DNA of 63,810 bases, the filler included, from Lenisia limosa (Eukaryota > Protista > Breviatea), in assembly GCA_001655205.1 (NCBI GenBank). It is 14 parts of 14 records of this genome, joined end to end, with 100 filler letters (N's around TTAATTAATTAA, not from the genome) between each part and the next. Parts side by side here need not be neighbours in the genome. Positions count along the whole stretch, not along the records: positions 11,805 to 25,564 come from LPNZ01011699.1; positions 25,665 to 30,204 come from LPNZ01010947.1; 12 more parts are not named here. The stretch is one strand, 5' to 3'. Of the stretch, positions 12,287 through 30,304 are shown piece after piece; positions within the stretch are counted from its first letter, which is position 1; each line of letters begins with the position of its first letter. The translations under genes were made by a program, and so were the position numbers. Under the pieces are notes generated by a model that saw nothing but the letters and a program-made list of their open reading frames with translations, did no database searches and was not told the origin of the DNA.

Positions 12287-13711
12287 ATGTTACGTCTTTT
12301 GCTGACACTTCTACTTTTGTCTGTCGCGTTGGCAAATGTGGAGCAGAGGGTTTGTACAGCAGTGCCTGAGGAAGAGCAGTCTGAAGCGTGCTCGGGACCA
12401 CAAAAGGTGAGGTTTTTATATGGATTTGATATTGAAAGCACTGGGACAGTTTGATTGATATTATGCTATTCATTCCATGCACATTTGTTCCAAATCCAAT
12501 CCTGTACTTTATTGTTCTATTCCAAGCCTACATTGACTGGCTTAGGTATGCATTGTTGAGGGAGAGGTGTTCTCGTTGTACAGCCAGTACACGGAGGAGC
12601 GGTTCCTCAACGCGGAGGCAGCCTGGCCACTCGACATCACGTGGCCCAATAGCCAGGCCTATTGCAAACTGCAGGTGCGGCATGGGTGGATAGCTCAAAA
12701 CAAAAATATTGACCCGGAGGTACTCTTTTTTTGATACTACTTCTATTATGGTATGTTTAATGCAAGGGTGATACACTTGATGTTAGTTAAAAACGTAGTG
12801 GTGGAGATAAATGTGATGGGTGAGCGGCTTCCGTTGCGCTACCTTTCTCTTTCTCTCTCTCTCTCTCTCTATTCTTCTCATTTTACCATTGTTAAGAAAC
12901 AAATGTGTGAGAAGAACCGAACATACCAGCGTAAGCTTGACTTCTGCACCTCATACTGCACCCTGAACTGTATGGATGAGTTGTCTGCTGAGTGTCAGGC
13001 TCATTGCATCGAAACTTACGCCGAGTTGGTATGTAGGGTGTTTACATGACCGACATACATTACGTTATCCACCTTAGTTCTTTAAACAAACGGAATCTCA
13101 GAAATGCCATGAATGGGCACCTGTAACCGTGACATAGGCATGCCCCACATGCGAAGAGTTTAGCCGCGACACGTGGTGCTCAACTATCATGAAGAACGTC
13201 ACTAGCGGAGGTATAGCCTGCAGCACTGGTGAGGGGGTCTGTGTAATGCTTTTTAGGACATATACACCGCGGTGCAACAGCACTTTTAATCATCCACCAT
13301 TAAGAGATAGGATAGTTTAAAGTTGGTAACTGACTAAAGCCGGATACTCATGACATACAATATGAGTTCTTTATTTCAGTTGGACGATGTAATCTCCAGA
13401 CGCGGACTGCAACCTGAAGAGCTGCTACCATTGCCCCGAATGGTGCAAAACTGAGGCCGGATGCCAGGCTGAAATTGCGCAGGGAATCATGGTTACTGAG
13501 GTAGGTCTACTCAATTGTTTCTTCATTTTTTTTGGGCTGTATTGCATGGGGAAATTACTAAGCGTATTTCCACACGCTCACTTCCTCTTTATTGTTAAGG
13601 CTCTTCTAACGTTTGCAGGACTCCGAGGAGAAATGCGTGGCAGTAATGACAAGCTCCTCTACAGTTCTCCTTCCAAGTTTGTTGTTGGTTCTAGTGTCGT
13701 TGTTGCTGTAG
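12287..13711 (+). CDS. Secreted, probably GPI-anchored cysteine-rich protein (Frizzled-CRD/folate-receptor-like Cys spacing)
   Basis: Signal peptide MLRLLLTLLLLSVALA; Cys-rich exons (KLDFCTSYCTLNCMDELSAECQAHCIETYAEL|ACPTCEEFSRDTWC; DADCNLKSCYHCPEWCKTEAGC); hydrophobic C-terminus VLLPSLLLVLVSLLL then TAG at 13709-13711. Confidence 0.75.
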
Positions 13712-14062
13712 GGGTTCGGATAATGGGTTGGGGTAATGTATGTTTCATTTAAAGATTTTTCTTGGAGTTACATTGACCAAATAATCGCGCGAGAGGGGAG
13801 GGGCAGCCTAAAAGGGTGCGTAGAACGGTGAATTCGTAGTCTTTCGTGTGAGCGGTGAATTCGTTGTCTTTCGTGGAAACATCAGTTACAATTGTTTGTT
13901 ATCCCAACAGTTCACCTTTTTTATGACACCTCTCCTTGAAACTATTGTTTACATAACAAATAATACTGTACATGGACCTTAGAAATACAAAACAATTAAA
14001 GAGCATTAAGACCGCCCTGGTTGATCACCAATCCTCCAGAAGATAAGGGTCGGGCTGAAGGG

Positions 14063-17000
14063 TCAAAAGCTGCTAGTTCCCTTCATATCCTCTGCAATCA
14101 ATCCCGACTACTATCCAGACACAAGCCCCCATACCCTGGGGGCCTGACGACGGACGCACCGGTGGTCTGCCAACGCGGCCACCTCTCGAAACTGGCCGAC
14201 CTGTGGCGGTTCCTAGGGGTGAGGAATAGCAAAAGACCCAAGATCAAATCTACAGCTGAATACACATTCGAGGACAAGAAGAGTGATCGATAATAATAAA
14301 TCAAGAATATACCAACCACAATAACCGAATATTAGTACTGCCAAATAGTTTCAAACCAACCCGAGACGGGTCTAGAGGACATTGACATTTGCCTGCCCGA
14401 CGATGACGGACGAATTCCCGAGGATGCGGGCCGGGCATTGGAGGAGTTTGGCCGGGTATTGGAGGAACTGGGGCGAGAGTTGGGGCGGGAAACTAGGTCG
14501 TGAAATATGTGGAAATGAGAAATATGTACAAAGGAGGTGTCAAGCCGAGGCTGTCAACATCACGTTGAAAGAACTTAATGTGAGAATATTTATGAAAGAA
14601 GTGAATTTGACCGGACTAACAAGATGATGAGGCGTCAGATCGGCCGGACCCAGGACGCGACACTGAAACGTCAAATATGCCAAGAAAACTGAATTTCAAT
14701 ATGTTGTCAATGAGAAATATATCATATAAACAGCACGACAAAAGTACACCCACTTTCGAAAGAGGGTGGGCGGAGGCCAAACTCCTGGCACAACGACTCA
14801 ATAAAGGCGGCAACTGCTGGGTCCTGGGTTGCGGCGGCGGCGGCACCAAGGAGCTTCATCACGCTATTGTTGCGACTCCGAGCCAGTTCGAGCTGAATGT
14901 CACAAGATTGCAAGGTAAGCCAATACACCACCAATATACCATTCTTGGGTTTTCACAACGAAACAAAATAAAGTGGTTTACGATATGTATGATAGTCCTT
15001 ACCTGGTGCTCAATGTTGACAACATTGTCCCCGGCCCGAGCAGCCATATAGTCCGATTTCAGCCTTGTGGACTGTGTTCTAATACCATAAATACTATAAT
15101 TCTTTCAAGTGCAATGCTCAAACAGCCACCAACCTGGCTCTTTGTAACTTGGCCCCCTGGTCATTAATGTCTTTCTCAGCCTTTTGAACGATGGCTTGTA
15201 ATTGCTGGGCAATGACAGGGATGACTCGGAAGAAGGTAACAAAACACGGTATCATCTAGCTCCACTTAGTTCAACACCCTCCTACGTCCACAGTCTTTTG
15301 TAATTCAGCTTGGTCGTGTGAGGCTCTTTCATACATGTCAGTCAGAGCTCTCAGTTCGTCTTCACGTTCCTGCAGCTCAATCTATGTGGATTAAAGAGCC
15401 TAAAAGCGGGAAGTTCAGGTTTTAGTATTTCATTCAACACACCTTCCGCGCTTTCATCTTCAAAGCTGCATTCCGCTGGACCTCTTCCAAGTCAATCTTC
15501 GTGCTGTAGTCGTCGGAATTCTTGTCCACCTGCCACGTGAGACCAATGTTGCCGTGTAATCTCAATTAGTGCATCTTTCTAGTGAGTACCCACCTTGTGG
15601 AAGGATTGTCTGTATTGCTCATTTCTGTTGCTTAAGACTTTCAAGGTCCTTTCCAAAGCATGTATCTCTTTTTCAGCCTGAAACGTGACCAAAAGAGACA
15701 ATGCAATTCATATTAACCAGAAAGGAGGCGCATCTTTCAGCTGATAGGAGACAACAACCCACTTTTCTGATGGATGAGTCAAGCTGGTCACCTTCACGCT
15801 GGAGGCTTTCGCGCTCCTGTGCTGCCTTGATCACGTAGTATGCCTAGTGGGTCAGGTATTTGGATTAGTTTGGATTGCATTGATTCAGGTTCTGACCTGT
15901 GTTTTTTCAGCATCATCATCCTCTTGGCCGGGCGGGCGAAGTGACGTCGAAAGGACCTCGTATTTCTTGGCGAGTTTGTCAACCTGCGGGGGGGGGGGGG
16001 NNNNNNNNNNNNNNNNNNNNNNNNNNNNNNNNNNNNNNNNNNNNNNNNNNNNNNNNNNNNNNNNNNNNNNNNNNNNNNNNNNNNNNNNNNNNNNNNNNAA
16101 TGTCCCAACCACCTTAGTTTGCTTTGCAGCCAGGTCGAGAACAATGTTGTGGCGATCCTCAAGGAGATGCCTAACGTGCGCCGTCAGCATCTCGTGATGG
16201 CCGCTCATCTCAACAGCCCTCTCCTCGGCTGAGAACTCCAGTTGTGCCTTCCGATTCTCCAGACCTAGGGGGGGACGGGTGAAAACCAATGTATAGCTTT
16301 GCGACATTGAGCCCCAGTTACCATATAGCTCGTCCACCCTTGACGCTAGATTGTCCTTGGCTCTACGCACGTCGACTTCAATGACGTTGCGGGCGACTAG
16401 GAGCTCCTCGAGCTTGTGTTTGGACTCCTCAACCTCACGTCGCGTGCTGGGAGTAGCGGTGAATTACAGCAATAAGGTGGAGAGAGAGGCGGTGAGGTAT
16501 AAGGTTGGTAATATGGACTACTCCGTCTTCCCTCACAACCTGTCGGAATCAAGGGTGATCTCAGAGACCTTGTTGTTGAGGTCTGCTCTGTCCTTCTTGT
16601 GGTTTTCCACCTTCCTTCGAATGGCTTTTACACGTTCAACAACCTGAATGTCAAAGGCAAAAAAACCAATTTAGTTCTGAAAGCGCGGGAGAGAGGAATC
16701 AAGCCCAAGACGCTGCCCTACAATCTTGTGCTGTGTTGAGAGCAGTGTCACCTCCTGAGTCTGTACGTCTAGCTGCTCCTGGAGCTGGGCAATTTTCTCG
16801 TTCAAATGTTGTTTCTCCTCATCTGTACGCTCACCCATGGCACGTGCGACCTGTGGGAGGGGGGATGAATGAACAAATGAATTTCGGCTCAAAGAAACGC
16901 CAAGGGAAAAGATTATAGTGACAAACAAACCCAATCTTGATACCACAGTTCTACAGTTTAGATATTAGAGGTGACACAGAACAAACCTCAGTCCAACCAC

Positions 17001-20000
17001 ACCCCCAAGTTACCTTGCGTTCCAGGTGTTGCAGGTTGAATTCCTGGGTGTATAACAGTTCCTGTTGCTTCAGAGTCTGCAAATCGAGCTTCTTTGACTT
17101 GGCAATCATATTGCGCCTGGCTGCTTCCGTTCCCTGAATCTCGGCCTCCTAAGATGGTAATTTACCTGTGCCCTCTATTGAATATCAAGGCCACGCTTGC
17201 ACACCAAGTTTTGCCCCTTTTTCTTGGCAGTGAACAGGTTTTGGCTGTCATTGAAAAGGCTCTTCTTAGAGTCGGCTAGCCGCTTTTGTGTGAGGAGCTT
17301 TTCTTTGACCTCATTATCAAGTAGCCTGTCGGCGTTCTTTGAGCTGTTTGTCGAGTCGATTTGAGACTAAAGACCGTCAGCTTTGAGTTCACAAATAAAC
17401 CCGATAGAGCCAACAGCAGATCGTAATCCAAACCTCAGTTTGAAGCTTCAATTCGGCCTCAGTGTTCTCAAGGATCTTATACGATCTCTGTAGGGCCTTT
17501 TCTTTGGCAATCATGTTCTGTCGTAAGGACTTGCCTTTGTTCAATGACCGATGTTGAGCCTGCAGAGTGAAAGGTGTCTAATAGGGTTTGAAGGAGCCTG
17601 CAGATGCAGAAAAGGTCCCCGGACAAACCTCGGTAGTTCGGACCAACGTTGTTCGAGCGGCTTCAGCCTTATCAGCCATGATGTCAGCCTCAATACGCGC
17701 CGAGCCAACCTTGGGGGGGGGGTGAAGGACATTTCGAAGCGGAATTAGTGTAATGGTTTGTAAAATGGAAAAAAAAAGCCAAAAAAAAAAAGATATGCAC
17801 ATGTAAGATCATATCATACATACTATATATAGTATGTACATATAGATATGTATGTAATACATGTATTATATGTTATGATATGTATGATATATCTTCAGAT
17901 AAGCGTCATACGAAGGCCAGATGACATATATTTTGAAAACAAACCTCATCATGAAGCTTTGAGGTTTGCCTAGCAATCAGCTCGATTTTGCGTTCTTAAA
18001 AGTTAACAACCAAAAGCAAGACAGTATTAGACTGGATTGCAAAAGGGAAAAATTGCTTTCTGTACATACTTAAGCCTGGTTCAACCCAAGAGAATCTGAA
18101 AAGAAAAAGAGCAATTGGGTTTGGGGGTTATATGTTGCAATCGTACCGATTTCGACATTATCAGCCTGCTCTTGCTCGAGAATCGATTGTCGTTCAGCAA
18201 GCTTATCTTCAGCAAGAGAAGCCTAAAGGGGGGGGGGGGNNNNNNNNNNNNNNNNNNNNNNNNNNNNNNNNNNNNNNNNNNNNNNNNNNNNNNNNNNNNN
18301 NNNNNNNNNNNNNNNNTCTCCAAAATCCACTCTGTTTGCTGAATATTTGAGAAACACATGAGGGGATGTAAACAACAAAGATCATGTCAATCGGAGGGGG
18401 CGGGGGAGTAAAGTTGGAAAATTTATGAAACAAAAAACCCAAATCAACTCTGTTGCCTTACAACACACAAGGGTTGATAAAAACAAAACAAACAAAGCCC
18501 AGGACAGTCGCTTCTGCAGCACCACATCCCATCACTCCAGAGTACGGGGGGGGGGGGGTAANNNNNNNNNNNNNNNNNNNNNNNNNNNNNNNNNNNNNNN
18601 NNNNNNNNNNNNNNNNNNNNNNNNNNNNNNNNNNNNNNGAATATTAATGCAAAGCAGGGGTTTCAACCCCAGGTAAGACCTCAGACCCGTGACACACCTC
18701 ATTCTTGAGAGCAGCCAGCTCCTGACCATGCTGTGCAATGGAGGCGTCACGTGCCTGCATAATCTGGATCGAGTCTGAAGGGTCAAACCCATGAAAATAG
18801 CAGGTTCAATGAAAGAACCCAAGTACCCTTCCATTGTTCAACAAGATTTTGCCTCTCTTGGTGCACTCGTTTAAATTCGGCTGCTGTTTTGTCCAACTCG
18901 ATTTGAAGAGCCTGAGAGAGGATCAATTGCCGTAGGAGACCAGAATGGAATTTGGGGAAAAGGGAAGCACCTTTGACGGAAATTTCAATGTTCGGTCCGT
19001 TGTTGTGTCCCCTCACCTGGGTCTCAGTCACGGCCTTGTCAAGGTCCTGTTTCCTGGCGGTTAACTGTCTCATTCTTTTCTCAGATTGGAGGGTCAATTC
19101 ACGGATCTTGCTGTCATCTTGCTTCTTATACTTCTCCAGAGCTGGAGTGTGAGGAAAGATTAGCTACCCCATCAGAATAAACATGATGTAATGTACAATG
19201 AGTAGTCAGCCCTCGCACTGATGTTATCGTCCTCCTTCTCAGCAGCCACCTGGAGCCACTGTGTAAGTTCCGACTCGTTAACTGCCATTGCTGCTTTCTT
19301 GTTTTCCAGAGCCTTCGAAGCCTTGAAGACCTCATTTTGAGACGAAGTTACCTGGAACGTCAGTTCAAACTCAGCCTGCTTTCATCATACTATCGGGGAA
19401 TTAAGCCTAAACCAAAAGAACTGAAATTGAATCGATATGAATGCCCCCCCCCCACCCGGCTCTCATAATCCTGGATCTGGCGCTCCATTTTGCGTATATC
19501 CGCGCGAACTCTCCCAACTTCTCTTTCGGCAACCTAGGTAAACGTTAATTATAACTAGGAGCAAGGTATTATTGCGAGTCAATATGCGAAAACTATTGCT
19601 CAATAGAGCGTTATTCCTACCATTTTTAGATGCTCTTCTGAAGAGACCTGCTTATTCTGCGCCTCAATCAGAGCCTGGGTGGGCGGTTAGGGGAGATTAT
19701 CAAGAATAATAACACAAACACTTTAACATCTTTACATCAGGAACAAACAAAAGAGTAACAAGCACACCCAAACTATTGATACAACTCTGGTGGGATAGAA
19801 TACCCCCAAAATGGATACAGCTAAAACAGTTGTTGAAATGGAAGAACAATTGAGCAATGTCTGTCCGTGGGTACAATCCGAAAAGAACTCTCCAAACAAG
19901 TTCAAACAGCAAGTCAACATGTTGCCTCCAATTAATAAGTTCAGCAAACCGCAGCCAACATCAACAGGAACCCAAGTGGCCCGCCTTCAAACCTGTGTTC

Positions 20001-20319
20001 GTAGAGCTTCGTCCTTGACATTGTGGAGATGCGTGGAGAGCACCTTATGGCGTTCAACTTCATCATCAAGTTTGGTGGAAAGGGAGTTGAGTTCAACTTC
20101 CTTCTCGCGGAGCTAAGGGGGTGGGTAAAAGTGAAGAGGTCAGGAAGAACTGAAGCAGATCTGCAACAGAAAGGCCCAGGGAAATCAGGTTTAAGAAGAG
20201 GCAGAGCAGAAATAGCAAAATGAATATGAAGAGTGATGAAATCTCCATCAGACCTTGGAGTCGAGGGCTCTGTTCTCTTGGTTGGCGAAAGGGGGAAGAC
20301 GATCGTAGTCTAGCTCCAT
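14063..20319 (-). CDS. CCDC39: Coiled-coil domain-containing protein 39 (FAP59), axonemal 96-nm ruler
   Basis: Start [20 protein letters not shown]; [13 protein letters not shown]; [23 protein letters not shown]; [28 protein letters not shown] followed by [21 protein letters not shown]; S/R/P-rich tail ending at TGA 14063-14065. These match recalled CCDC39 motifs. Confidence 0.93.
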
Positions 20320-20636
20320 TCTGACCTTCGAAGTGTGTTTCTTCTGTTAACTGAATATGGTTCAGAGAGTCTCTTTCATAAAATGTGGTTTCATTTTTCC
20401 ACATTTTTTTTACAATATCTCATGTCACGTACACGCAATTATTTGTGGTGTCATCCATGTACCTATGATGTACCTTGTTGGATCATTAGGCCACACAAAA
20501 TACAGATACAATATGATTGTAATATGTAATATGCGGTAACTACTAGATACTAGCAATTGCTTCTCAGCCAACCAACAATATGAAAACCACCACTTAAGAG
20601 AAACATCTATTATACAGGAAACAAATACACTACATC

Positions 20637-25564
<4,928 letters not shown>

Positions 25565-25664
25565 NNNNNNNNNNNNNNNNNNNNNNNNNNNNNNNNNNNN
25601 NNNNNNNNTTAATTAATTAANNNNNNNNNNNNNNNNNNNNNNNNNNNNNNNNNNNNNNNNNNNN

Positions 25665-28600
25665 AAACAATCAAAGCCCAGGCGACCAGTCGCTTCTGCA
25701 GCTCCGCATCACTTCACATTTAAATTAGCAATTACCTCTCACCCCCTATACCTAAAACTCTCTATCACAATGTTTTCCGGCTTCAAGTCGCAATGGATCA
25801 ACCCGGTGTTGTGGCAGAAGTTCAGGGCTGTCAGCACCTGGGGGGGGGGGGGGNNNNNNNNNNNNNNNNNNNNNNNNNNNNNNNNNNNNNNNNNNNNNNN
25901 NNNNNNNNNNNNNNNNNNNNNNNNNNNNNNNNNNNNNNNNNNNNNNNNNNNNNNNNNNNNNNNNNNNNNNNACAAAACGCTTGTATAAGGACAATTTTTG
26001 AAGAGAGAAAAAAAACGATATGATGGGGAAAGGTTCTCAGCACGAACCGAATAATCTGAAACTACAAAGAAAAATAATATGAGCAAAACAAATCAAAAAC
26101 AAGGTGACAAGTAGGGTTTCACTTCGGTTCGAAAAAGAACACAAAAATATTGATAGATCAAAGGGACGTTCATGGCAGCCCCACCTACCTGCAAGGCTAT
26201 TGACTGGATTCTTTTGGGTGTGAACCACGGCTTGTGCTGGCTGGGGGGAGGGTGATTAAACATACAATAGATGAAAACAGAATCGCTGGAGGGTTTTAAA
26301 CATACACACAAAAGTGACGAATACAGTAAGGAAGCCTTGTTTTATTTCTCATACTAGCCCCAGTACACTCCCTATCGCCCACCTCGATGTGAACAAGCCA
26401 ACTTGAAACAGGTTATCTCTAAGTAGCTCTGTCACCTTCAATGTCAGAAAATGCTGGAAACAAGAGGTGGGGGGAGGGAGTAGAATTGGAAAATTTATGA
26501 AACAAAAATCCAAAATCAACTCTGTTGGCTGACAACACATTAGATAACACAAAACAACGTCCAGGCCAGTCGCTTCTAATACAGGTCTCATAATATCACT
26601 CACAATAATAACATGTTCCTTGAAGTAGAAGGCTCCATGGAATCGGAGAATTCGGCTTTTGTCCGGGTCTGCCTCCGCGTTCAGCTGTGATAGAATCTGG
26701 GGAGGTAATATCCACTAATGCACCACTAATCCTCTCAGCACCACTAATCCTCTCAGCATACCACAATTTCGTCAAGAGCCTGGTCGAAGAAGTCCTTCCT
26801 GTTTTTCACGACCTTCAAACACGCCTAAACAGTCACCCAAAAGCTGGTAGTGATGACAGTCAAAATGAGACTGAATTCATAATATTCTCTAATTTAATCA
26901 AAAGGAAACTGAATACTCAATAATCTCTAATTTAGTCAAAATGAGACTGATCTCAAAAATCTCTTATTATAGATAATCTCTTCATGAAGCCAAATGCCCC
27001 TCCAACGGGGCTATTAGTGAGGTGATCATGACAGTCGTAGGCGGAGGAGAATGTGGCCTGACCGATGGCGGAAACGACCTTGGGGGGGGGGGGGGNNNNN
27101 NNNNNNNNNNNNNNNNNNNNNNNNNNNNNNNNNNNNNNNNNNNNNNNNNNNNNNNNNNNNNNNNNNNNNNNNNNNTGTGTTTAACAACGGTTTTATTTCA
27201 GAAATAACAGATAAAGGTTGCGTAGAAACAAAATAATAAGAAATTAGGTTTACCCTTATTTCGAAAATCAATTTAAGGACTATCCAAGTCACCCTGTTTT
27301 GATTTATACTTCTACATTCACTTTTAGAGCCTCTATCGTCAAATTTTTGAGCCCCTCCCTCCACATTCCCTAACTGGTTTTTAACTTGTTATGAGATATA
27401 AATAGACAATAGGGCTCCATGGTGGGCTGGTGTTTTGGTCTTTAGACCTTAAACTCGGGATGCCCAACATGGTTGTCCTCCCGATATTAATCTATGAGTA
27501 TACAACTTTGAATAAAGGAAATAAATAAAATAAATACGAGGTTGAATGTGATAATCCTCTTACAGAACCTTTAAATTTGAATGAGATAAAAAGCCCAAAA
27601 CAAATCTGTTGGCTGACAACACACGAAGGTTGATAACAACAAAACAAAAAAAGCCCAGGCAAGTCGCTTCTGCAGCACCACATCCCATCACTCCAGCGTA
27701 CGTAAAATTGGAATATTTATGAAACAAAAACAAAGTCCAAACTCAACCCTGTTGGCTGACAATATACGAGGTTTAAATATTTAATAACAGAACACAACAA
27801 ACAAAGCCCAGGCTTGTCGTTTCAATATGGAATAAGCATTTGGAAAACACACAAAGTTAAAAACAAAGCCCAGTCTTGCATTATTCTAAAAGCAAAAATA
27901 AACAAGAAAAGACAAAAAACAAACCAATATAAAAACAGCCAGAACTCAAAAAAGCACCCACCTGCCAGCGACCGGCAACAAAGTCGCCCGGCTTAAGAAG
28001 AAGGTCGGAAGAGGCCTCAAGTCCAGTTCGGCACTTCCGACGAACCACCGGCAGGTGCACAAGATTGTAGCGAGTGTCAAGTTTAGAGAGGGATAGGCTA
28101 TATACAGCAATGAGAAATAAAAATAAGATTGTATCTAGCCGAAGCCGCCCACCCCATCACGCTAATAGAGATAATGGATTATTGTATAATATCATTTCAC
28201 CCAATCATTTGCCTTAGAACTCTGTGCACACAGCTTTCTGCGTGCCTCCCCAGCATACTTCATAGATATTCCGAACAATCTCATCCCACAAGTAGCCGCC
28301 GGCAATCCCATCCCACAAGGAGCCGCCAGCAAGAGCCGTGAACAGGTCTTTGGGTTCTTTTTCTGATGTCGCGGTGTGGGTGTTACTGGAGAAAAGGTGG
28401 GCGGCTTGGAGGGAGAGAGACAGGTTTGAGGATGAAGTGGTACGCTGAGGGGTAAAAAGTGGAGAATTTATGAAACAATAAAGCNNNNNNNNNNNNNNNN
28501 NNNNNNNNNNNNNNNNNNNNNNNNNNNNNNNNNNNNNNNNNNNNNNNNNNNNNNNNNNNNNNNNNNNNNNNNNNNNNNNNNNNNNNNAACACCCATGATA

Positions 28601-29900
28601 AGATACGACTGATCCCCCACCCCACCATTTTTATTATAGGATATGTAGAGATGAGTAATACAAGAAGGTTGTATCTGGCTGAAGCCGTCCACAACATCAC
28701 GCTTAGAAGAGATATTGGATTATTGTGTTTAATTCGCCCCTCATGAGTCAATATGAGAGGCTGAGAGGACATATACAGTGACCAGGATAAACAATGACAA
28801 ACGGGGGGAAAGCGTGAAGAAATGTAAGAAAGCAAGAATATACAGGGCCATACCATTTGGGCTGCAGAGTCGCAGATGATATTCTCAGGTGCGGGGAGGG
28901 GGGTAAAGGGAGGGACGGACTGGTTGAGCTTAGAAGCGAGAACTAGCTCAGGGAAGGGGGACTCGGGAGAATTGACGCTTTCAGTGAGATTGGATTCGGG
29001 AAGACAGCTCTCCAACGCTGTGAGCATCGGAATTGTCTCTGTTAGTTCGGGGAGAGAGTCCTGACTCATTGATGAAGATGATGACGGGCTTCGGATTGGC
29101 TCGGATAGAATGCTGAGGTCAGCTGGCTGCTGTATGGGGTATTGGGGGGAGCTGGGCGATGAGAATTCGTGCAAATAATGCAAATAATGCAAATAATAAT
29201 AATGTGGATTACACATTCTTCATAAAGTTCCTCCCCTCGTACTCATCACATGGTGGGCTGGCAAAAGAGGCACCTACACAAGGGTCCTGGATACCCTAAG
29301 GAATGTAAGCCGTTGTTTGAGAGACGCATTCAGGTACATCAAGATGTATATGTGGTTGGTATTACAAACCGCGAACAAGCCTCGAAAAAAACTGAATCGC
29401 CGGAAAAATCACTCGCATTCGCCGGAAAAATACAGTGTTTTTTCGGGAAAACATCAAAATCTACGCTAACTCGAGCTTTTCCCGCGACCATTACGAGTGT
29501 GCGTAACGTTAGTGGTGGAGTACACTTGTAATGTTCTAGCGGGAAAAGCTCGAGTTAGCTCCGCGACAGAAAATTGACAGTTTCGAGCACAGGATCCTCA
29601 AGATCAATGACATTTAAACAAAGCAATTTTGACCGATAAACTCTCCATAAATATCGATTTTCCGTCATTTCATAACCCAGAGTGAAGCCCTGGAACCGTG
29701 ACTAAACCAGCATACATGGGACTTGGCTTCGGCAGCGTGGCTTTGAGAGCCAATAAAGGGCGCTGATATGGGTAAGAAGACAATAGGTAGGTTGAGAATC
29801 GCACAAAGGAAACGGGAAGAAAGCATCATGTTGATGAAGGGGATAAGGTTTAAAGTCATGATAATGAGAACAACGGAAGAAAGAAGTAATATGATCATCC
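25665..29900 (-). CDS. DYRK-family (DYRKP-like) protein kinase with S/P-rich N-terminus; 3'-truncated, start approximate
   Basis: RTGLEASSDLLLKPGDFVAGRWQ|VVSAIGQATFSSAYDCHD, ACLKVVKNRKDFFDQALDEIV|ILSQLN, FYFKEHVII|VTELLRDNLFQ, IHCDLKPEN. Confidence 0.9.
26436..26603 (-). repeat. Repeat family C forming a complete 168-nt spliceosomal intron in the kinase gene
   Basis: The intron joins EHVII|VTELL in frame. Its body (agaagcgact.gcctgg...gtgttgtcagccaacagagttgattttgg...tttgtttcataaattttccaattctactccc) recurs at ~11003, 18400, 25665, 27590-27830 (tandem), 28450, 30545, 36567, 39215, 43955, 46600, 48115 and 54700. Confidence 0.85.
28098..28258 (-). repeat. Repeat family B forming a 161-nt intron in the kinase gene
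   Basis: Begins GTATGCTGGGGAGGCACGCAGAAAGCTG and ends TATAG. The first 63 nt match the intron at 57356 at 59 of 63 positions. Confidence 0.8.
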
Positions 29901-30304
29901 AATAATAAGAAAGTAATATGGTGATAAAGGGACTAATATAGGTAAGAGGAAGGGGTATTTGAGTAAGAAAAAAGAGTCCAAATTATGAGAGCAAAAAGAG
30001 ATTATCATCATCCAATGAGAAGGAAATGTGTTTGACTGGGGCTAATGAGGCAGAAGGGGCAATAAGGGGGGGGTGCAATATATCTTCAAAAAAGGGAAAG
30101 CCCGCAAAAGGCAACAAAATCTTAAAAAGTGCCAAAAAGACAACTATAAGGCGACCCCCCTGAGTGCGAATTCCAACCTGAGTGCGAATTTCAACCTGAG
30201 TGCGNNNNNNNNNNNNNNNNNNNNNNNNNNNNNNNNNNNNNNNNNNNNTTAATTAATTAANNNNNNNNNNNNNNNNNNNNNNNNNNNNNNNNNNNNNNNN
30301 NNNN

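Noticed and set aside
19811-20116. Plus-strand 101-aa ORF nested in CCDC39
   Set aside because: It is the antisense of a T-rich intron plus a CCDC39 exon; no coding signature.
30160-30204. 18-bp tandem repeat (CCTGAGTGCGAATT(C/T)CAA) at a contig end as a telomere
   Set aside because: Only ~2.5 units are visible and it is unlike known telomeric repeats; more likely a satellite that broke the assembly.
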